Notes under the pieces: model-generated
Databases searched by the model: none
The model's input: only the letters and a program-made list of their open reading frames with translations
Told to the model about the DNA's origin: nothing
Source: an uncultured Oscillospiraceae bacterium
GTDB lineage: Bacteria; Bacillota; Clostridia; Peptostreptococcales; Anaerovoracaceae
Reading direction: 5' to 3'
Length of the DNA stretch: 64,000 nt
Assembly: GCA_964367585.1 (NCBI GenBank)
Contig: CAYIYH010000003.1
Location: forward strand, 36,134 to 100,133
In this document: positions 7,927 to 18,127 of the stretch, piece by piece
Position numbering within the stretch: the first letter of the stretch is position 1
How the letters are laid out: each line of letters opens with the position of its first letter
Translations under genes and position numbers: made by a program

Positions 7927-10491
7927 CTAAATATAACTTTTTTCAGTTAGTATATTAATTGCTTTATCTTTATTGGCAGTGCTTATCATCACGATTGGTC
8001 CTGTGCACCCCATTCCACTTTCTGCATAGATTCCTTCGTTCCAAAGTGCTTCAACTGCGTCTTCTAAATCCATTACCTCTATTCCAGGAATTTGCTCTGT
8101 AACAGGCTCTTTTGCCGGTGCAGGTTTTGCAACTTCTTCTTTAGATGCAGCTTTGTTCGAATTCTTTATGCTCTCGATTATTTCTTTTAGGCCTGCTTTG
8201 TTTGCACTTGCATACTCAGCCTTTGCGATGTCGAACCATTTTCCATTCACTAATGAAGTGGCATATTCGATTGCACCTGATATTACAGGAGCTCCCGATG
8301 CTCTAGAAAGGATCATAACTAGTTTATCATATCCTTCGCCTATTCCAGGACCATATCCGTATCCAGTAGATTCATAATTTCCACCACTAGTATATGCGGA
8401 GAACATCTTAACCATCAAGTTCCCTGTAAGTGCATCCATGACCATGATATCAGATGTTGCGCTCAATAAGTCATTTCCTCTCATTACTATTCCGCCATCG
8501 TCTCTCACTGATTCAGCGAAATTAATGTCATAACCTCTCTTTTTTAGTTCCAATAGCGCTTTTTCGGCTTGTCTCGCACCGTCTATGTTCGCAATTCCTA
8601 CTGTAGGAGACTTAACTCCCGATGCCTTCGCAGAAATAATACCTGCTATTGCATTTCTTACCATAGCCGCAACTCTATCTGTGTCGGATGTACCTGTCGT
8701 ATTTGCAAGATATAGCTCTTTACCTTTAGAAGGAGTTATTATTCTACCTACTGTTGATACACCGATAGGGAAATTGTAGTGCATTGTAACAGCACCTGCA
8801 ATATCGCCGCTTTTTAACATTCCTTCCATCTTAGCGTGGACATCTCCACCTTCAATCAATACGGCAGAATATCCTTTTTTTCTTGCCATTTCGATTCCTT
8901 GTTTGATATTGTCATCGCCATGTTCACTGCCTTCGTTAGCAACACCGATTACAGGGTTACTTCCCGCTGTTGAAATATTGATGCCTTGGGCGTTAAAGTC
9001 TGAAGTCGCTTCTGTGCAAGAGTCCTCTTTAGATGCTGCGCTTCCTTCATTTTTTTCTATCAAGAAGCTAACGCCGTCAAACAAGTTAGTCATTCTACCT
9101 AGGAACAAACTACCTTTACCGATTATCATCGCATTTTTTGTATCTCCTGCTTTGATAGAGTCAATACAATGTCCGATATATGGAACTCCCGAAGGAATAT
9201 GTCCTTGTGTTGGAGCCCAACCCATCATGCCATGTGTTTTTACGAAGTCTCCGATTTGAGCTCTTTCTAGTTCTCCACGTTTAACTCCAAGTGCTGCTAT
9301 CATCTTGTAGTTTGCTTCCGGAACATCTCCTGCCCCTGCAGGTTTTGTGATATCAGGGTTTTGCATTTCTGGTGAGAATTTATCTATATCTGTTAATTTT
9401 AGATTTGCTCTGTCTAGTGGATCTGTCACAAGGCTACTGATTACTGCTTGTGGAGATGATCCTGTTCCAACATTATGTCTTCCGACAATATCAGTTCTAA
9501 CAACTGGGCTTACTGAATCGTCTGCTGTTATTAATACTGCGAATCCTGCAACCACATCTTCCAGGATAGGCATTTCTTTTTTAATATGGTCTTTACCATT
9601 CATTCCCAGTTTTGCAGTACAACCACCACCTGTTACTGCTACAGTCTTAAATGTACCTGCTTTAACTAGTGATGCTGCAGTGAGTATGGCATGAGAAGGT
9701 GCCGCACAGAATCCTCTAACGTCACAGCCAGTAGCATTGATAAAACCTGCAGTTTCAGCTGCTGCTTTTGCAAAGTTTCCACCACCACGTTGGTTCATGT
9801 CTCCACAAGCTTCTTCGCAACAGTCGATTACATATTCTACATCCTCTGCTGCAACTCCTGTAACTTTTACAAGGTTCAATAGTGACAATACGCTAGATGC
9901 TTTTGTAACAAGATTTTCTAATATAACATGAGAAGATAAATTCACGTCTACGTCATGCGCTTTTTTGACCGCTCCTATGAGTTTACCACCATCATATAAT
10001 GGTTCTGCATGCTCTTCTTCAACTAATGCCTTGATATCATCTTCACTGTCTTGATTTTTATCAAGAATATCAGCCTTTTCTCCAGACAATAATGGATGAG
10101 CATTTAATTTTGCTTTTACTGATTCACTGAAACTTTTTTCAAGCTTTACTAGGTCAAATACGTCACATATTTGCATAAGTCCATAAAATTCCGGTTGTGT
10201 TAGGATTTCTCCATGTTTGCCCACTGGTTTTGCATTTTCCGCCTTTTTGTCGAACCATGGTAATTCTATTTTATCTAATTCGTTCGGAGTAATATTACCA
10301 ATATATACTTGGTTAGGAATATAGTTTACTATTTCCTCATAGCTTCGTAGATATTTTGGTATATCCTTCAAATAATCCGAATCGGGATTTACTAATTTTT
10401 CTGTTGTTTGTGTAGTTCCTGCTGTCAATACCATATCAGGAGTAGCTGCTAACGTATATGCCGCTCCTTTTATTACCGCAAAATCGCTCAT
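7927..10491 (-). CDS. grdCD: Glycine reductase complex protein C, GrdC (ketoacyl-synthase-like) fused to GrdD (PlsX-like) in a single 854-aa ORF
   Basis: The N-terminal ~490 aa are GrdC-like (MSDFAVIKGAAYTL...). The C-terminal ~340 aa are GrdD-like (...VTMHYNFPIGVSTVGR...MDALTGNLMVKMF...). The ORF is uninterrupted and sits in grd operon context. Confidence 0.85.
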   Translation of the reverse strand: MSDFAVIKGAAYTLAATPDMVLTAGTTQTTEKLVNPDSDYLKDIPKYLRSYEEIVNYIPNQVYIGNITPNELDKIELPWFDKKAENAKPVGKHGEILTQPEFYGLMQICDVFDLVKLEKSFSESVKAKLNAHPLLSGEKADILDKNQDSEDDIKALVEEEHAEPLYDGGKLIGAVKKAHDVDVNLSSHVILENLVTKASSVLSLLNLVKVTGVAAEDVEYVIDCCEEACGDMNQRGGGNFAKAAAETAGFINATGCDVRGFCAAPSHAILTAASLVKAGTFKTVAVTGGGCTAKLGMNGKDHIKKEMPILEDVVAGFAVLITADDSVSPVVRTDIVGRHNVGTGSSPQAVISSLVTDPLDRANLKLTDIDKFSPEMQNPDITKPAGAGDVPEANYKMIAALGVKRGELERAQIGDFVKTHGMMGWAPTQGHIPSGVPYIGHCIDSIKAGDTKNAMIIGKGSLFLGRMTNLFDGVSFLIEKNEGSAASKEDSCTEATSDFNAQGINISTAGSNPVIGVANEGSEHGDDNIKQGIEMARKKGYSAVLIEGGDVHAKMEGMLKSGDIAGAVTMHYNFPIGVSTVGRIITPSKGKELYLANTTGTSDTDRVAAMVRNAIAGIISAKASGVKSPTVGIANIDGARQAEKALLELKKRGYDINFAESVRDDGGIVMRGNDLLSATSDIMVMDALTGNLMVKMFSAYTSGGNYESTGYGYGPGIGEGYDKLVMILSRASGAPVISGAIEYATSLVNGKWFDIAKAEYASANKAGLKEIIESIKNSNKAASKEEVAKPAPAKEPVTEQIPGIEVMDLEDAVEALWNEGIYAESGMGCTGPIVMISTANKDKAINILTEKSYI

Positions 10492-10602
10492 TTTTCACCT
10501 CATTTTTTATTAGAGAACATTCATTCGCCCTCACATATCATTTAATACTATATATTTTATATGCGTATTTGCTATGCATTTATTTCATTTATTTTAACAA
10601 AT

Positions 10603-10622
10603 GGGCGAGCTTACACTCGCCC
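10603..10622 (-). terminator. Hairpin (possible attenuator/terminator) between grdA and grdCD
   Basis: Stem gggcgag / ctcgccc with a 6-nt loop, 9 nt downstream of the grdA stop. The tail on the minus strand is only moderately T-rich. Confidence 0.45.
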
Positions 10623-10630
10623 ACTATAGA

Positions 10631-11101
10631 TTAGAATTTTGAGTATTGTTCTCTAATAGAGCTCATTTCTGATACTATATCGTCAACATCCAAAACCATC
10701 TCCATCATGCTTATTTGTTCATCATAGACACTTTCGTCTATTTCAGCTTTAACTGGTGGTTCACAAACATGATAAACTGCGAGTCCCAACGAGACTCCTG
10801 TCAATGGCCCAGCGTAAGTTGGATCACCAGCAGTTACAGTTTCAGCAGCTAATCCAGCTGCTTCACCTTCAGCTGCACCTAGTACTACTACTAGATTTTC
10901 AGCTCCATACTGTTCTGCGAAATCCTTAACTCTCTTTTGGTTTTCTAGGTCCATTGCTCCTGCCGCCGTTCAGACGAAGCACTCCGTCGAGGAAAATATT
11001 GTCTCTCCACCGGCAGTTTTTATGCATTCTTCTATAGCTGGTCCAGGAATTCCATCCCTATCGCCAATGACTATAACCTTTTTGTCTTTTAATATTGCCA
11101 T
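10631..11101 (-). CDS. grdA: Glycine reductase selenoprotein A; in-frame UGA (Sec) at 10970-10972, codon 44
   Basis: My translation is [55 protein letters not shown]..., continuing into track ORF 10631-10954. GGAAAGGAGG lies upstream of the ATG at 11101. Confidence 0.9.
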
Positions 11102-11269
11102 CACTATTCCTCCTTTCCATTATGATTCGTAGTGAATTACAAAGTTTATTTCTAAGCTACGTAATTCGCTGTATTTGTATTATTAACCTATAACCGAATG
11201 AGCTGATTTAACTCGTTTGGTTAATACCATTAAGAATTAAATGCTCAATTGGTTATGTCAAATTGAAAG

Positions 11270-11587
11270 TTAGATATATTTTTGGATCATAGCCTCGATA
11301 TTTTCGGCAGTCGCATCTTCTTTGACTAATTCTTCAATTTTTTCGCCACCCTTGTATATCGCAATTACAGGAAGACCCATAATTTTTTGACCAATTGCTA
11401 GTCTTCTTGCTTGTGTTGTGTTTAGCTTGCAAAATTTTATCTTGTCTCCGTATTTTCCAGACAATTCCATTACGTGTGGCATTAAAGCTTCACAAGGAAC
11501 ACATCCATCACCAAAAAAGTCTACTAAGACGACTCCGTCCGCTTTTAAAACTTCCTCTTCGAATGTTACTTTATCACATGTTACCAT
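11270..11587 (-). CDS. trxA: Thioredoxin (GCVPC active site)
   Basis: 105 aa with the motif [11 protein letters not shown], in grd operon context. Confidence 0.9.
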   Translation of the reverse strand: MVTCDKVTFEEEVLKADGVVLVDFFGDGCVPCEALMPHVMELSGKYGDKIKFCKLNTTQARRLAIGQKIMGLPVIAIYKGGEKIEELVKEDATAENIEAMIQKYI

Positions 11588-11766
11588 TTTTTTCTCCTAT
11601 TTATACAATATAAAACCTTTTAGTACTTACATAATAAACGATTAATCACATGATACCATTTTTATTTGCGCATTTCAAGAATACAAAATGAACTTTATGT
11701 TCACTTTGACTCACATATTACATTCACGTTTTTAAGATGTGCAATATGGTTCATAATGATTAATTT

Positions 11767-12699
11767 TTACTCGTTTTCTTCTATGTATTTCTCCGCTTGG
11801 ACCGCTGCAATTGCACCGTCTGCCGCTGCTGTGACAACTTGTCTTAGGCTTTTCACACGAATATCTCCCGCAACGAATACACCAGGAACACTTGTCTTCA
11901 TGTTTTCATCAGCAACAATATATCCATTTTGCATTTCCATTTTGCCTTCGAATATCTTTGACAAAGGAGCAAATCCTATGAAAACAAATACTCCAAATGT
12001 ACCATCTTCTTCGTCTGCAAATATTTCTTTTCTTTCGCCTGTCTTGACATTTTCTACAATCATAGACTCTAGCAATCCGTCACCTTTTAATTCTTTGATG
12101 ACAGAGTCCCACATGAAATCTATCTTTGGATTTGCTTTTGCTTTTTCTTGAATAGATTTCGCAGCTCTGAGTTCATCTCTTCTATGGATTATAGTAACTT
12201 TTCTTGCGAACTTAGTAAGATACATAGCTTCTTCCACTGCAGAATCGCCGCCGCCGACGACGTATACTTCAAAATCTTCAAAAAACGCAGCATCACAAGT
12301 TGCACAGTATGAAACACCTTTTCCGGTAAATTCCTTTTCTCCAGGGCATCCTATATGTATTGGAGTTGCGCCTGCAGCAATAATAACTGTTTTAGCTTGG
12401 TAGCTTTCTTTTTTACACTTGATTGTCTTGACAGGGCCTTCTAGATCCATGTCTTCTACAGTATCAAAAACTTTCTCAGCACCAAAATGCGAAGCTTGTT
12501 CTGACATTCTTTTTATTAGTGATGGTCCAGATTCTTCATCTATTCCACCTGGATAGTTTTCGATTTCTGACGTTTGTACGATCTGTCCACCGTCTTTATC
12601 TCTTTCAATAATCAATGTAGACATTCTTGCCCTACCTGCGTATAGTCCAGCAGAAAGACCTGCAGGACCCGCACCGATTATTATTATATCGTATACCAT
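11767..12699 (-). CDS. trxB: Thioredoxin reductase
   Basis: 310 aa with IIGAGPAGLSAG FAD motif, CATCD redox-active disulfide and VVGGGDSAVEEA NAD(P) motif. Confidence 0.9.
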   Translation of the reverse strand: MVYDIIIIGAGPAGLSAGLYAGRARMSTLIIERDKDGGQIVQTSEIENYPGGIDEESGPSLIKRMSEQASHFGAEKVFDTVEDMDLEGPVKTIKCKKESYQAKTVIIAAGATPIHIGCPGEKEFTGKGVSYCATCDAAFFEDFEVYVVGGGDSAVEEAMYLTKFARKVTIIHRRDELRAAKSIQEKAKANPKIDFMWDSVIKELKGDGLLESMIVENVKTGERKEIFADEEDGTFGVFVFIGFAPLSKIFEGKMEMQNGYIVADENMKTSVPGVFVAGDIRVKSLRQVVTAAADGAIAAVQAEKYIEENE

Positions 12700-12753
12700 T
12701 AATTTTCTCCTCTACTTTAACAAATTATGAAAGCTAAATAATCTTGCTATATT

Positions 12754-14064
12754 TTATTCAAATATTGTTTGTTTGTCAACAGGTGAAGATAGAGCTTCTA
12801 GTGCTTTTTCTACGATTTTGCGTCGAAGTGCTTTTTCTTCTTCCATCGAAATAGTTGGTTTTCCAAATGGATGAGGTATTGCAATTGCAGGAACTATTCT
12901 ATTTGCACCTACTGTCAATGAAATAGGAGTTACAGTACAAACGTGTACTACAGGTATACCCGCTCTTTCAATTTCTTTTACCATCGTTGCGCCGCAACGA
13001 GTACAAGTTCCTCAGGTAGATGTTAGGATAACTGCATCCACTCCGTCATTTTTAAGTTTTGATGTAAATTCAGTTGCAAATTCTCTAGAAGAAGCTACAG
13101 ATGTACCGTTTCCTGTTGTAGTGTAAAACAGATTATGCAAAGATCCGATTACTCCCTCTTTTTCCATGTCTCTGAGTACATCTACTGGCAATACTCTGTC
13201 TGCATCCTTGTTTGCATATACTGGGTCATATCCACCGTGGGCAGTTTCGTATTCACCTTCTAACAAGTCATTTACACCAGCTATATCATATTCTCCATAG
13301 TGTGAAGCACTTGAACTTTCGATATTATCAGGGTTACCTATTGGAACTATTCCGCCTGAAGTCACTAATGCAACTTTTGCTTTTTTCATATCAGCAATAG
13401 GTTGTGCAGGTTCTACCCTATCAAAATTCGGCATAGGATATTCTGTAGTGTATGGCTTTCCTGATATTTTGTTTAGAAGCATATTTACAGCTCTCTTAGA
13501 GCCTCTTTCTTCTTCGAAGAAGTTAACACGAACATCGTTAGGCAAGTATCCTTCTTCTACTGAAGCTCCTACAGCCTCTTTTTTTGCAAGTTTTAATGCG
13601 AGTGATACCATCTTTGGAACAGCATCTTTCATTCCTACCGCACTATTTTTTGTAGCGATAGTGTATACTTGATTCTTGTACATGTCTGCACCAGGATTCT
13701 CTTCATACATACCTGTCAAAGAAGGGATTCCTAATTCTTCTTGCACTAATGTAGCTACAGTACCGCATGCTACACCATAACGTCCTGCATTGAATGCAGG
13801 TCCTGCAATGAATATATCAGGTGATTGTGATTTTACCATTTCTAGTATCGTTGCTTTTGCTTCCTCAAGATTTTCATTAAAATATGAATCTCCGCAAACA
13901 ATTGTTGCAACTATTTCCGCCTCGTCTCCGAATTGAGTTTTGAATGCAAGACCAGGTCCGACAACTTCTCCCACACGGAGCTCAGCCTTATAGTCTGCTT
14001 TTTCTTCACCACCTATGTTGGCGAAAAATTGGTTTATATAATGGACGACTTTAATTTTTCCCAT
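12754..14064 (-). CDS. grdB: Glycine reductase protein B selenoprotein subunit; in-frame UGA (Sec) at 13012-13014
   Basis: Track ORFs 13012-14064 and 12754-12984 are in the same frame. They join as ...DAVILTST-U-GTCTRCGATMVKEIE..., the characteristic GrdB UxxCxxC region. Total length is 436 codons plus stop. Confidence 0.9.
12985..12999 (-). promoter_or_regulatory. Candidate bacterial SECIS hairpin for grdB
   Basis: On the minus strand, cgttgc-ggc-gcaacg (6-bp stem) begins 12 nt after the UGA. Confidence 0.45.
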
Positions 14065-14082
14065 TTTACTTCTTTATCCTTT

Positions 14083-15366
14083 CTATCTTGCACTAAGTTT
14101 ATTAAATCCAAGTTCATTAGTTGCACCTGTTATTACTTGCAACTCAACTTCCAAACTACCATCTGCTTTAAGAGTATGCTCGCTTGCTCCTGCAATTTTT
14201 GTAACATAATCCATAGTTCCAATAACCTTGTCAAGTTTTGGAAGAATAACAACCTCGTTTGCATTTCCTCCTGTAACAACTGCATCAGCTGCTGGATCCG
14301 CATCTGCAAGCGACTGAGACTTACCGTCTCTACCTGCATATTCATCGGTAATAATAACTGTTTTGACGCCTACGTCTTCGATTTTTTTACAGTTCATAAT
14401 CAAGTCTGCATCAGGGTTTCCGAAACCTTCTTGAGAAATTATTACAGCATCAAGGTCTAACATTTTGCACATTTTTGCCGTCCAGTCTGACGAACGGTGC
14501 TTGTCTGCTAGATAAACGTTCTCGTTAGTTATTAGTTGACAAACAAAATTCAATGTTTTACCATGCTCTGCAAATAAATCACACACTACAGGATTGTTTA
14601 AGTGATGATAAGTTGTGTTTTTGTCACATGCAGATACACAGTTACCAGATACGATAGCACCATCAAAGACTTCTGTAGGATTCATGATAGTAGAAAGAGT
14701 GTTTTTTGCATCAACACCATATACGTATGTATCATGCAATAAGCCTTGGCTTTGAAGCATTTGAACATAAGCAACTCTAGGTAAATCAGGATACATTTCC
14801 TTACCTTCCATTATAGAAGGAGTTTCATATGTAATAGTTTCATCAGGCGTAATGTTTCTAGCTAGTTCACCTAAGTATGTTGCAACCTTAAATCCAGCTA
14901 TTCTAACAATTTCTTCATAATCATATGGCTCGATATTGTCCACAGGTGTGCATACCATTACCAAGTTGTTTAATTTAGAAAAAGGAGTATATTTTGCGCC
15001 TTCCCCTGTCATGTCTATTATTCCTTCTTGGAAACCTACGATTTTACCAGCTGTGACTACCGCCATGTTTTTTAGTGCAATAGTTTTACCTTCACCTACC
15101 GCATCGACTTTTGCGATAACTCCTGGGAAAATTCCGCCTTTTCCTTCGACTTTAACACGTGGCTCTATTACATCCTTTACAGGTGTAATTCTCACAGATT
15201 CTCCGGGTTTTGCTATATCAAATTGTACACCCGCTAATTTTTCCTCTTTAAGAACTATTGCTTCCAATTCTTCCTTTGAAACATACAGGACACCTTTTTC
15301 AACTTTACTTTGCGAAGCAAATTGAATATCTGTAATAAATACATGTCCTACTTCTAACTTTACCAT
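14083..15366 (-). CDS. grdE: Glycine reductase protein B proprotein (alpha/beta subunits)
   Basis: GrdE-like sequence (MVKLEVGHVFITDIQF...). GAGGAGGA precedes the ATG at 15366, giving 427 aa; the track start at 15402 is probably too long. Confidence 0.9.
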   Translation of the reverse strand: MVKLEVGHVFITDIQFASQSKVEKGVLYVSKEELEAIVLKEEKLAGVQFDIAKPGESVRITPVKDVIEPRVKVEGKGGIFPGVIAKVDAVGEGKTIALKNMAVVTAGKIVGFQEGIIDMTGEGAKYTPFSKLNNLVMVCTPVDNIEPYDYEEIVRIAGFKVATYLGELARNITPDETITYETPSIMEGKEMYPDLPRVAYVQMLQSQGLLHDTYVYGVDAKNTLSTIMNPTEVFDGAIVSGNCVSACDKNTTYHHLNNPVVCDLFAEHGKTLNFVCQLITNENVYLADKHRSSDWTAKMCKMLDLDAVIISQEGFGNPDADLIMNCKKIEDVGVKTVIITDEYAGRDGKSQSLADADPAADAVVTGGNANEVVILPKLDKVIGTMDYVTKIAGASEHTLKADGSLEVELQVITGATNELGFNKLSAR

Positions 15367-15462
15367 ACGTATTCCTCCTCTTTTTTTATCAATACCCCAC
15401 ATTCTCGATGTGATATATTCAGAAATATAGTCTATATATATTGTGTTTACACACGTTTTGAA

Positions 15463-15846
15463 TCAAAGTCTATCGGCAGATGCTATTGCACTTGAAATCA
15501 AATCAAAATCTATCAATTGGAAATCTCTATATACTTTTTCATTATATTCGCCTCTTTTATCTTGAAACTTATCGCAGGATAATAGTGCACTCTCAATCAT
15601 ACTAAGGGATTGCTCATCGAGGCCGCTGTATTTCGTACTTATCATTATAGATTTATATGGCGTTTCCTTTGGTTTGAGACTGCCTGATAGGGGATGGGAA
15701 AGAAGCTTTGCACCTTTATGCACTTCATCTCGAACCTTTTTCAATACATCTTCATATGAACCATTAATATACTCTATATTTTTTTTTTCTTTCAAACTTT
15801 CGAATGTTAGAGGATTATTGGTGATTATGATATAGTCCGTTTTCAA
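15463..15846 (-). CDS. grdX: GrdX protein
   Basis: 127-aa ORF in the first position of the grd operon, with a TTG start preceded by GGAGAG. The sequence resembles GrdX as I remember it. Confidence 0.7.
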   Translation of the reverse strand: MKTDYIIITNNPLTFESLKEKKNIEYINGSYEDVLKKVRDEVHKGAKLLSHPLSGSLKPKETPYKSIMISTKYSGLDEQSLSMIESALLSCDKFQDKRGEYNEKVYRDFQLIDFDLISSAIASADRL

Positions 15847-15939
15847 TATTCTCTCCTAAATTAAATAAACCATAGAGATGCAATTATTATGCTGCGGTAA
15901 AGTGAGATAAAACACGCATTTTTTTACATTAATAAAAAA

Positions 15940-15977
15940 AGGAGTAAAAAAATGCTGTCTAACATTTATTCACTCCT
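15940..15977 (-). terminator. Terminator hairpin of the glycine riboswitch expression platform
   Basis: On the minus strand, AGGAGTGAATAAATG...CATTTTTTTACTCCT is followed by TTTTTTT. Confidence 0.55.
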
Positions 15978-16016
15978 CCCGTATTTGAAATATCTATTAT
16001 TCCAAGTTTCGGAATG

Positions 16017-16118
16017 CAGTCCCTTTTCTAATCCATTTGCCTGAAAGATTCACATGACACTAAATTCATGCTTGCCTCTTCGGCGCTTCTTTAACGAAGA
16101 CTCTCTTAGAAATCATCA
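16017..16118 (-). promoter_or_regulatory. Glycine riboswitch (single aptamer) upstream of grdX
   Basis: The minus strand reads AGAGAG-N14-GCGCCGAAGAGGCAAG...CTTTCAGGCAAATGG...GGGACTG. This matches the conserved GGAGAG...CACCGAAGGGGCAA...CUCAGGCAAAAGGAC core. I see only one aptamer. Confidence 0.7.
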
Positions 16119-16219
16119 ACCCGCTTTATTTTATATAGTTTTACTTTCAACTCGCAGATATTATACATAATCATATAATCTAATGCAAGCACTTTTTGCA
16201 TAAATTTGTTATAAATATA

Positions 16220-18127
16220 TCATGCAAGTATTCGAACGTCATCGACCAGTTGTGTTATTTTTTTTCTATCGAATGATTCAAGTATTGACACAGCGTATTT
16301 TCTAGATGTACCCAACATATCTCTGAACTCAGCTAGTGTGATGCTGTTGTTTTTGCTCATATGCTCTTTGAGAATAACCAGCGCCTTATTCCATGACTCT
16401 GTTGCAATTATTTGCTGAGATGACAGAGACATGAGATTTCCTTCGCTTACCAAATCATCTATTATATGCCGAACTGTCACTTTATCTTTATATTCTGCCA
16501 ACACTGTTTCTAATTCAGGAAACTCTATGCCAGTCGAAATGAATTTCTTCAGAATTTCATCTTTTATCGCTAATTGGCGTTGCGTATATGTTACCGAAAA
16601 ATCAGGGTTAGACACAACTCCTTGTTTAAGCTTTATTGCGTTGTGTTCCACTAATGTATTAAATAAAGATTCTAACACTTTTTCGTCATCGGTAGATATG
16701 CCTTTCATTACTTTGCTTTTATACTCTTCTTTTGCTATTCCCTGAGAAATAGGATTATTTGCATGGTAATCAGTAAGAATTGCACTCGATCTCTTTGCGA
16801 TCTCAGAAATAAAATCTCGGTGAACATATATCCCCGATACAATTTCTATTGCCGTTCCATCCTCACACAGGCTCAATAATTGTTGCTCAAATTCGGATTC
16901 AGAATAGCCAAGTTTCAAGAATATGTCCTTAATCGGAACTATCTTTCTACTCTGCTCCAGAATCGTCTGCGCCAATATTTCGGAAGAATTACCGCTTTCC
17001 TTGATTCGCAGTGCGCTGAGCGTTTTTTCGTCAAATCGCTTCTGCTTGTCAGGATTAGCATCGAGAATGACCCCACCACCGATTGAAATTGCTGGTGAGT
17101 AAAAGCGAATAATAAATCTATCCCCTTTTTTTACTGCGATTGGAGATTCTAGGCGTAGCTGTGCATATCCCTCTTTACCGCTTTCCAATACTTCTGAATC
17201 TAATAATACTACTTTGCAAAGAACTTCCGCAGATCCGTAATATAAATGGACTCTCGACGCATTCGACAGCGCTCTAGGGCTATCCGTAAACATAGATATT
17301 TTTACAGATAGCATGTTTGTTTGATTTAATGAGTTTGGGAAAGCTATGACGTCTCCCCGATTTATTTCTTCTTTTTTCACATTGAGGAGATTGATGGCTG
17401 TTCGCTGTCCTGCATACGCATGTTCCGACGGAACTCCATGAACTTGTATATTTCTTATTTTTGCCGATTTCCCTTCGGGATATATTTGTAACTCATCTCC
17501 AACTGAACACATTCCTTCTATAAGAGTTCCCGTAATGACTGTTCCAAATCCTGTCATAGTAAAGACCCTGTCGATCGGCAATCTTAGTAAATTGGGCGAC
17601 TCATTACGGGATACGATATTAGAGACCGAATCACATATAAGTGTTTTTAAATCACCTATGTTATGTCCTGTATATGAAGAAACATCTATTATTGGGGCAT
17701 CCTCCATGAATGTTCCTTTAAGATATTCTGAAATATCTTCTTTTACTAATTCCATCCACTCTTCATCGACCAAATCTGCCTTTGTCACTACTGTGATGCC
17801 TTTTTTTATACATAACGACTTTAATATTTGAAAATGCTCGGTTGTTTGTGGCATTATTCCTTCAGTAGCGTCTACTATGAGCATGACTAAATCTATCCCA
17901 CCTATACCGGCAAGCATGTTTTTTACAAACTTTTCATGGCCGGGAACATCTATAATTCCAATGTTTAGCCCTCTGTCATTGGGCATTTCGGTAAAACCTA
18001 GCTCAATTGTAATACCACGTTTTTTTTCTTCACTTAGTCTATCTGTGTCGGTTCCGGTAAGCGCTTTGATTAAGCTTGTCTTTCCATGGTCTACATGGCC
18101 TGCCGTTCCTATAATTACATTACTCAT
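16220..18127 (-). CDS. selB: Selenocysteine-specific translation elongation factor
   Basis: 635 aa. It has an EF-Tu-like GTPase N-terminus ([26 protein letters not shown]) and a long winged-helix C-terminal extension, and lies adjacent to selA. Confidence 0.9.
   Translation of the reverse strand: MSNVIIGTAGHVDHGKTSLIKALTGTDTDRLSEEKKRGITIELGFTEMPNDRGLNIGIIDVPGHEKFVKNMLAGIGGIDLVMLIVDATEGIMPQTTEHFQILKSLCIKKGITVVTKADLVDEEWMELVKEDISEYLKGTFMEDAPIIDVSSYTGHNIGDLKTLICDSVSNIVSRNESPNLLRLPIDRVFTMTGFGTVITGTLIEGMCSVGDELQIYPEGKSAKIRNIQVHGVPSEHAYAGQRTAINLLNVKKEEINRGDVIAFPNSLNQTNMLSVKISMFTDSPRALSNASRVHLYYGSAEVLCKVVLLDSEVLESGKEGYAQLRLESPIAVKKGDRFIIRFYSPAISIGGGVILDANPDKQKRFDEKTLSALRIKESGNSSEILAQTILEQSRKIVPIKDIFLKLGYSESEFEQQLLSLCEDGTAIEIVSGIYVHRDFISEIAKRSSAILTDYHANNPISQGIAKEEYKSKVMKGISTDDEKVLESLFNTLVEHNAIKLKQGVVSNPDFSVTYTQRQLAIKDEILKKFISTGIEFPELETVLAEYKDKVTVRHIIDDLVSEGNLMSLSSQQIIATESWNKALVILKEHMSKNNSITLAEFRDMLGTSRKYAVSILESFDRKKITQLVDDVRILA

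Noticed and set aside
8903-9694. Plus-strand ORFs of 115-118 aa (8903-9259, 9347-9694) and many similar ones in the track (for example 11666-12151, 13933-14460, 14936-15325, 31523-32026, 45286-45813, 48383-48823, 63587-63967).
   Set aside because: They lie entirely antisense within long, family-recognisable minus-strand genes. Their sequences are low-complexity and unrecognisable, and they have no SD sites. They are typical shadow ORFs of AT-rich DNA.
12754-14064. grdB appearing as two ORFs, suggesting a possible pseudogene or frameshift.
   Set aside because: Both parts are in the same frame and separated only by a single TGA in the conserved Sec context, and the sel machinery lies next door. 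This is recoding, not decay.
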